From: Dictyostelium discoideum
Taxonomy: Eukaryota
NCBI GenBank assembly: GCA_000004695.1
Contig: CM000155.2
Span: 1,536,001 to 1,600,000 of the forward strand
Reading direction: 5' to 3'
DNA length: 64,000 nt
In this document: one piece after another, positions 56,893 through 64,000 of the stretch
Layout: every line of letters begins with the position of its first letter
Position numbering within the stretch: position 1 is the stretch's first letter
Made by a program: the position numbers and the translations under genes
The notes under the pieces: generated by a model
Database searches by the model: none
What the model was told of the DNA's origin: nothing
What the model saw: the letters and a program-made list of their open reading frames with translations, nothing else

Positions 56893-57461
56893 TACTCACC
56901 ATTTTAATATGTGATACTGACTAACAAACGAAAAAAAAAAAAAAAGTTGAGAAAATCAATTCACCCACAGCAGTCGCGGGAATTTTTTTTTTTTTTTTTT
57001 TTTTTCAATTTTTTTTTTTTTTTTTTTTGGATAACGTAAAAATATTTTATGAGACAAGTTTGTTGAGTTTTATTTTTATTTATTTTTTTTTTTTTATTTT
57101 AAAAATCTTTAAATTATGGTGATATTCTATTTAAAACAGTTAAATTTTTTTTTTTTTTTTATTTCCTTTAATATCATTATTAAAAAAAAAATAAGAAAAA
57201 AATAAAAAAAAAGATCATGTTATTTTATATTTATTTTTATTTTATTTTTTATTTTTTATTTTTTATGTTTTAAATTTATTGTTTGATATTATTTAATTTT
57301 AAATTTCCATGTGGGATTAAAAAAAAAAAAAAAAAAAAAAAAATAGACTCAATTAGTTTGGAAATAATAATTATTTCAATATTAAAAATTTTAGAATAAA
57401 TTTGTATATAGAATAAAAAGTAATAATAAGTTTATTTCTATTTTAATTTGTAGACTAACAC

Positions 57462-57511
<50 letters not shown>

Positions 57512-57746
57512 AAAATTAAGATATCGAAAATTTGGGGTTTCCCACACGATAATTTTTTTTTTTAATTTTAATTTTAATTTTTTAATATTTCGATTAGAAA
57601 TTTCTAAAAGAAACAATGTTATTCAAAAAGAATCTTTTTTTTTTTTTTTTATCTTTAAATTTAATTTTTAAAATTGTTTTTTTTTTTTTTTTTTTTTTTT
57701 TTTTCCCAAAGATCAAAATTAATAATAATTCCTTATTATTTAAATA

Positions 57747-58763
57747 ATGGAATTACAGATTTTATCAAATTACTATGATTTTGAAACTCTATCTGGTCGA
57801 AAATTGAATATTTCACAAGAGAGTGGAGAAACTGTTGGAAATGTAAAAAAAAGAATTGCTTCAATTTTTGGAAATGATGGAGAGATTGGAAGTGATGGTA
57901 GTTTTTATTTATTACATTATGGTAGAGAATTAAATGATGATGAAATTGTTAATCAATCTTTAATTGATAGTAGTGTGGATGGCGATGATAAATTAAGAGG
58001 AAATGGTAGTAAAAAGGATAATAATAATAATGGTAAACCAATTCAAATTCGTCGTAATAGATATAGTTGTTTTGCTGAACATATGATTAATGAGCATTTA
58101 GTAAAACCATGGTCAAAATGGATTGCTAGAATTTCTTGTATAATTTTTTCAGTGTTACTAATTGCATCATTGGCACAAATTTCATTTTACCTTCCACATG
58201 CTAAAAATGTACCAGTAACATTTCAAACATTGGGTGTATTTGTAATGTCATCTTTATTAGGATGGAAAATGGGATGCTCCAGTATTATCCTTTACTTATT
58301 ATGTGGTCTTGCAGGTGCTCCATTCTTTACAAATCAGAACCATGGTGTAACTTATATGTATGGAAGTACTAGTGGTTACTTGTATGGTTTCATCGTTGCC
58401 TCTTTTATTGTTGGATTTTTCGCCGAAATGGGTAGTGATAGAGCTTATATCTTTAATTGGAAATCCACTTTGTTTTCAATGATATTTGCAAATATTGCCA
58501 TTTACATTATTGGTATTCCTGTTTTAGCTATTAAAATTGGTTGGATAAAATCATTCAAATTAGGTTTACTTCCATTTTTAGTTGGTGATGCACTTAAAAT
58601 AATTATTGCAACAATTATAATTCCATCAATTTGGAAATTCATTGCATTTCTCTCAAATAAGCGTATAATTATTAAATCTCCAACAATTAAAGATATTTTA
58701 TCTTCTTCACAATTAAAAAATGATAAAACTTCAATTGAACTAAATAATATAAACTCACAATAA
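57747..58763 (+). CDS. BioY-family (biotin ECF-transporter S-component-like) membrane protein with an N-terminal ubiquitin-like segment, single exon, 338 aa
   Basis: The C-terminal 190 aa carries BioY signatures: VPVTFQTLGVFVMSSLLGWKMG, GLAGAPFF, GSTSGYLYGFIVASFIVG, YIIGIPVL and LPFLVGDALK. Six hydrophobic helices are evident. The N-terminal 75 aa (LQILSNYYDFETLSGRKLNISQESGETVGNVKKRIASIFG...) fits a beta-grasp, ubiquitin-like pattern. Confidence 0.75.
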   Translation: MELQILSNYYDFETLSGRKLNISQESGETVGNVKKRIASIFGNDGEIGSDGSFYLLHYGRELNDDEIVNQSLIDSSVDGDDKLRGNGSKKDNNNNGKPIQIRRNRYSCFAEHMINEHLVKPWSKWIARISCIIFSVLLIASLAQISFYLPHAKNVPVTFQTLGVFVMSSLLGWKMGCSSIILYLLCGLAGAPFFTNQNHGVTYMYGSTSGYLYGFIVASFIVGFFAEMGSDRAYIFNWKSTLFSMIFANIAIYIIGIPVLAIKIGWIKSFKLGLLPFLVGDALKIIIATIIIPSIWKFIAFLSNKRIIIKSPTIKDILSSSQLKNDKTSIELNNINSQ

Positions 58764-58893
58764 CTATTTTAATTTACCAATAAATTTTTTTTTTTTTATT
58801 TTTTTTTCTCTCCCAAACAAGTTTTTTTTTTTTTTTATTCCTTTATAAATTAATTCATTACATTAAAAATATATGGATAGTATATTTTAAATA

Positions 58894-58925
<32 letters not shown>

Positions 58926-59139
58926 TGGAATGGCACCAGCTCAGTTTTTTTTTGACAATTTCTTTTTTATTTTTTTTTTTTTTATTTACATTTTTTTTTT
59001 TCTTGATGATTCCTTTATATATTAATTCATTACATTAATACTATCAGGATTCTATTTTTTAAATAATAAAAAAAAAAATGGAAAAAAAAAAAAAATAAAA
59101 TGATTAATATACTTTTTTTTTTTTTTTTTTTTTTAACTT

Positions 59140-60418
59140 TCAACATACCATATTTCTATAACAAATTGGAGATTGAACAGTTGTAGTTGTTTCAGTTACA
59201 GTTTTTGTAGTTGTAGTTGTAGTTGTCATCAACATATGTTTACATTCACTACAAACATGTTGACAATTAACATTTGGACATTTAAAATCACCTTTTGAAT
59301 AGGTGTTTTGTTGATTTCCTTTTTTTTCGGAAATGTTCATATTTTTTATATCTTCATTTAGTTTGTTTTCAATTGTATTATTCATCATTAATTGATAAGT
59401 TGATTGTTCAAATTGTTCAATTTGTTCTTCTGATAAATCAATCCATTCATCCATCCAACAAAAGAGAGATCTATGTGCTTTTAGAAATACTTCTCTTAAA
59501 CCATTGGTTTGAACTAAATTTTCAACTCTATTTTGGAATCCCCAATAATTGAAATTTACAGTTACTAATTTATAAACCACCATTGCCGGATTTACCTCTT
59601 TTCTCCAATTTGGCGATGTTAATGGACCTCTACCAGTTAATTTTGATTTAAACATTCTTGGATCTTCATCTGTTTTGACATCTTTTCCTTCAACTTCATC
59701 TCTTGCAATATCAACATGGTCTACTATTCTTTTCTTTAATATATCTTTACTTAATCCAAATACATTCTCTTCTTCATCTCTACCATCTTTATGAATAGAT
59801 TCAATACATAAATAAAACTTTTCACCAAAAAATGGGCACTTTTTTTTTTTTAATTTAAAAGAAATAAATAAATAAATAAAAATAAATAAATAAATAAAAA
59901 TAAATAAATAAATAAATAAATAGATAAATAAATAATTATTTAGTAAAACTAATTTTTTTTTTTTTTTTTTTTTAATATGTCAAAATAATTACACTATAAA
60001 TTGTTTTAGTATTTGGGTAACTATTCCAAGATTTTTCTTCAATTTTTAAAGCACTTTTTGGTAAAATTGCAGAAGCATATCTTGGTAAAGATTTTTTCAA
60101 AAGAAATACTTTGTGAGTAAATGTACCTTTTACACCATTTTTATCTGTAAATGAACTTTTTTCCAAAAGTTGAACATTATCACCTGCATTTGAAGATTCA
60201 TGGGTTTTTCTGGCTGTCATATATTTTTGACCCAACCTATATTCTTCCTTGGTAAATGGTAATGTAATTCTACTATATTTTATTTAATGGTTTTTAAAAA
60301 ATTAATATTAATTACTATACACATATATTTAATTTTTTTATTTTTTTTTTTATTATTTTTTTTTTTAACTCTAAAAATTTAAAAAAAATAAAAAAACTTA
60401 CTATTCCTTAATTAACAT
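59140..60418 (-). CDS. Phosphatidylinositol transfer protein (class I PITP), 3 exons (60418..60402, 60272..59993, 59838..59140)
   Basis: Spliced product: MLIKEY | RITLPFTKEEYRLGQKYMTARKTHESS...GTFTHKVFLLKKSLPRYASAILPKSALKIEEKSWNSYPNTKTIYS | CPFFGEKFYLCIESIH...EDPRMFKSKLTGRGPLTSPNWRKEVNP...YKLVTVNFNYWGFQNRVENL.... This tracks PITP-alpha along its whole length. Donors are GTAAGT in phase 2 and GTAATT in phase 0. Confidence 0.85.
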
Positions 60419-61448
60419 TTTTTTAAAATATCAATGGAAGTATTATTATTATAATTATATTAATATTTTTTAATTATTATTTCAAAAAATAATTTAATTT
60501 AAAAATAAAATTAATTAATTTAAATTTGTTATTTTTATATTTTTTTTAATTTTTTTTTTTTTAATTTTTTTTTTTTTAATTTTTAGAGTTGGTTTTTGAT
60601 TATTTTTTTTGTATTAAATTTAATATAATGGTGTTTTGAATAAATGGGAAAAAAAAATAGATTTAAAAAATCTTTAAAATGACAACAAAATGTTTATTTG
60701 GATAATAAAGGTTCTATAAAAAAACAAAGACAAAAATCAGATTAATTTAAAAATAAAAAAAAAATGAAATCATTATAATTTTTTTATTTTTTTTAATTTC
60801 CATTTTTTACAAAAAAGGATAACTTTACATTTATAATCATTTGTTGAAAAAAAAAGAATTCTTTTTTTAGAAATCGTCTTTTAAATTAATATTATTCAAC
60901 CACATTTATTCCCGTTTTGGAATTTTTTTTTTTATTTTTTTTTTTTATTTTTTTTTTATTTTTTTTTTATTTTTATTATTTTTTTTTTATTTTTTTTTTT
61001 TTTTTATATTTTTAAAGAAAAAACTTTTGGATAACCAATAAATTATTTTCATATTTTATTTTATTTTTTTTTAATTCAAATCTAACAAAATTATTTTATT
61101 TTTCATTTTTTTTTTTTTTTTTTTTTTTTAACAATGATTTCATTATATTTATTTTAATATTAATTTAGTATGGATAGTTGAGCATTAAAAATTTCACAAA
61201 ACGACATAAAATAAAAAAAAATAAAAAAAAAATGAAAAAAAACCTTTTATTTTTTGAATTTTTTTTTTTTTGAATTTTTTTTTTTATACAAAAATTAAGT
61301 TTGTTGTTGTAGAAAATGAAGAATGGAATATGGTAATTTAGTTTTTCCTTCTCATTCCTTAATCCAAAGCACAAATTATTATATTTTCTTATAAAGTTGA
61401 GATTTTAATTGGGCATAATAAAAAAAAAAAAGGAATAAATAAATAAAT

Positions 61449-61479
<31 letters not shown>

Positions 61480-61520
61480 AATTAATTAAACCTACAAAAA
61501 AAACCTATTAAATTCTTTAT

Positions 61521-63085
61521 TTAGTTGGTTTTTTCAGTAGAGGATAATTCAACTCCGGTTGTCTGTTCTTTTTCTATTTTATCATCTTTTTCATCACCAT
61601 TTTCTTCTTGATTTTGTTCTTGGTTTCTTAAATTATTTTGTTGTTGTAGTTGTGTGTTTGGTGGTGGGATGGGCATGGAATTCAAAATTGTATTAGATGA
61701 TGTAGAATTTGTAGTGGTTGTAGTTGTGGTTGTAGTATTGGTTGGTGGTGAGTGAAGTTGATCGGATGAAAGTTGTTTTTTTGGAGTGAAATTATTTGCA
61801 TCTATAACACTTGGTGATTTAATAGTTGTTAAATCAACAGTAGGGAATAAAGTAATATTTTTAGTATCCCATTTTTCACCAGAATAATTGAAAATAATTG
61901 ACCAAACATAAGGAGTGATAAATTCAAAACTTGTTGACTCCTCTTCATATTTAAATCTAAGAATACCTTCTTGATCGGGTGGTGGAACTGGTAAAGATTT
62001 TGATTTACTTTCTATAAATGACATTATAGTTTCTGCTGTTGTCTCTTGTTGTGATAATCCATTAATTGCATGTTTTAATTCACTTGAAAAATATGAAAGT
62101 ATCTAAATAATTTTTATCATTAATTTTTATAATTATTGTTAATATTAATATTTATTTTATATTTATATATGTTTTTAATTATTTTTAATTATTTTTAATG
62201 ATTTATTATTATTATTATTAATTTATAAATTACTTACATTTAAAATATTATTAGATAAAGAAGAAAGATTTTCTTCATTTAAAAATACAGGGAAATACTC
62301 TTGTTGATGTAAAAGTGAATAAATTAAATGTGGATTTGAGTATGCTCTATAGGTGAGTGTATTATTTATAATTTGGAGTACAATATACAAAAATTCAGAG
62401 TGAGTGGTTAATTCTTCAGATTGTAATTCTTTAAGATTAAGGTCGGGTGAATTTAAAAATGAACTATTATTATGTGATTCATTGTGATGTTTGTTAATGC
62501 TGCTATTATGATTTTCTAAATTTTTAATTTGCTGAAGTTGGTTCACATCCAATGATAAATCATCTGATATCGATACTGATGACATTGATTGTGTTATATT
62601 ATTTGTATTATCTTTTACATTGTTGTTACTATTGTTTGTATTAATTTTTGATGGTGAATCAACTTGATTTAACATTTTTTTTCTTTTTTATTTTAATTAA
62701 AAAAAAAAAAAAAATATTATTAATTAGTAAATTTCAAAGTGGTGATTAGGTTGGTGGAAAAAAAAAAAAAAAAAAAAAAAAAAAAGAAAAATTCTTACAA
62801 TTTTATATATCTTTTACTTAATATTTCTAATAGTTTAACTAAACGATTTGCAACATATGGGTGAATATGTGAGATATTTGAAGATAAATTTGCTAAAATC
62901 GCTAAACAATTTGTATGTAAATGAGCATCACGTAATTTCGATAAATTTAAAATGATTGATTTTATTAATACAACCATTAAAATACCTCCTAATGAAACAT
63001 CAATTAAAAGTCTTTCTTTATACCATAATATTTGATGAACAATCTAAAATAAAAAAAAAAGATTTATTGTTAATAGAAAAGAGAG

Positions 63086-63116
<31 letters not shown>

Positions 63117-64000
63117 TATACTTACTAATGAATGAACATTTTCATTAAATAAAGAGTCTTGAGATAAAATTAAAATAATAATCAAAATCATATTAACTTG
63201 TTGTGGTTTTTCTTCAAAAGAATTATATAAAATCTGAATCATTGGTAATAACTAAAAAATAAGAATTAGATAAATGTTTTTTTTTTTTTTTTTTTCCAAT
63301 TTTTTAAAAAACCCAATACATACTAAATTATCTAAATCAGTTCTTGATTGAACATACCTAAAAAAAAAACTATTTTCTTGTAATAAATAATAAAGTAATA
63401 AAATATTTTTATCAGACGATGGTGATTTTATAATACTCTCATATAATTGTTGCATTGAAATCCTAATTTGGTGATTATTTGGATTTGAATTTAATAAATC
63501 TATTGAAACTAAATAAATAAAAAAAAAAAAAAATAAAAAAAAATAAAAATTTGTTAAAAAGGTGTAAATTAAAAAAAATTATAGTGAGAATTGTATTAAA
63601 TTATATTTACAATCTTTATCTTGAATATTTGATAAAATTTTTCTAAAAGGATTACCCTTTGGGTAATTATATTGAACCAATACTAATAAATTAAAAGTTG
63701 ATAACTCTGTCATTGAATTACCTGTTGCATTATTTTGAGGGAAAAAATATTTATACGCATTTAATGGTAATAATAATAAATAAGCTAAAAATAATATATT
63801 ATTATGGGTGAGGAGGGAGGGAGTCAATAATACTATTAATAATATGTAAAAAAAAAGAAAGTTATTAATACTTACAAGCAGCACTACCAATTGAATCTAA
63901 TAAACTATTTGAAGTTGAGGGTGGTGGTTTATTTTCAATGATATTATTAAAAAGATTGAAAATGAAACTATAAACTATTGGAGAGTTTGGATTATTATAA
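61521..64000 (-). CDS. Dymeclin (DYM homologue), at least 6 exons; the 5' end lies beyond the window
   Basis: The last exon (62102..61521) encodes ILSYFSSELKHAINGL...FKYEEESTSFEFITPYVWSIIFN. Upstream exons (about 62683..62238, 62977..62799, and ORF pieces 63018..63242, 63252..63455 and 63579..63890) encode RDAHLHTNCLAILANLS, IQILYNSFEEKPQQVNMILIIILILSQDSLFN and YVQSRTDLDNL. Each lines up with human dymeclin segments. Donors are GTAAGT and GTAAGA. Confidence 0.75.

Overview
This window reads as nuclear genomic DNA from Dictyostelium discoideum or a close dictyostelid: about 78 percent A+T, short AT-rich introns with GTAAGT/GTATGT/GTAAAT donors and AG acceptors, poly-A/T intergenic deserts, and coding regions full of poly-Asn, poly-Gln and acidic tracts. 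It is not prokaryotic. I found no operons, no CRISPR arrays and no tRNA or rRNA genes.

Joining the six-frame ORFs through introns by hand gives 23 protein-coding genes, most of them multi-exon. In window order they are: a large low-complexity protein (171-3548, -); a Sec23/Sec24-family COPII coat protein (4532-8093, +); the proteasome activator Blm10/PA200, with 7 exons (8203-14722, -); ESCRT-III Vps2/CHMP2 (15408-16211, -); an HssA/2C/7E-type small Gly/Cys-rich protein (17006-17347, +); 2-hydroxyacyl-CoA lyase HACL1 (17647-19474, -); STI1/Hop (20012-21801, -); a Rab4-like GTPase (22648-23514, +); an RNF141-like RING protein (24005-24828, +); ZC3H15/DFRP1 (25008-26308, -); a Trk/HKT-type K+ transporter (27103-29435, -); an 812-aa protein of unknown family (30054-32816, -); a TLDc-domain protein (33201 to about 35612, -); NC2alpha/DRAP1 (38061-39912, -); an ITFG1/TIP-like FG-GAP protein (40374-42657, -); mitochondrial ribosomal protein mL53 (43394-44040, +); a two-RRM hnRNP-like protein (44488-46823, -); a Sac1 plus inositol 5-phosphatase, synaptojanin-like protein (47730-52013, -); a coiled-coil protein (55188-55934, +); ribosomal protein L27a (56145-56892, -); a ubiquitin-like–BioY fusion (57747-58763, +); a phosphatidylinositol transfer protein (59140-60418, -); and dymeclin, whose 5' end runs off the window (61521-64000, -).

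Non-coding content is many A/T microsatellites (ATTT, AAAT, AAT, TTA, GAAAA and GT repeats) and a dispersed repeat of about 95 bp present in four copies at two loci.

Splice junctions were worked out by hand from reading frame and homology. Treat them as accurate to about 2 nt. Long homopolymer runs made exact counting unreliable, and in two places my counts disagree with the ORF-track frame by one nucleotide. Family assignments come from remembered motifs. I ran no database search.
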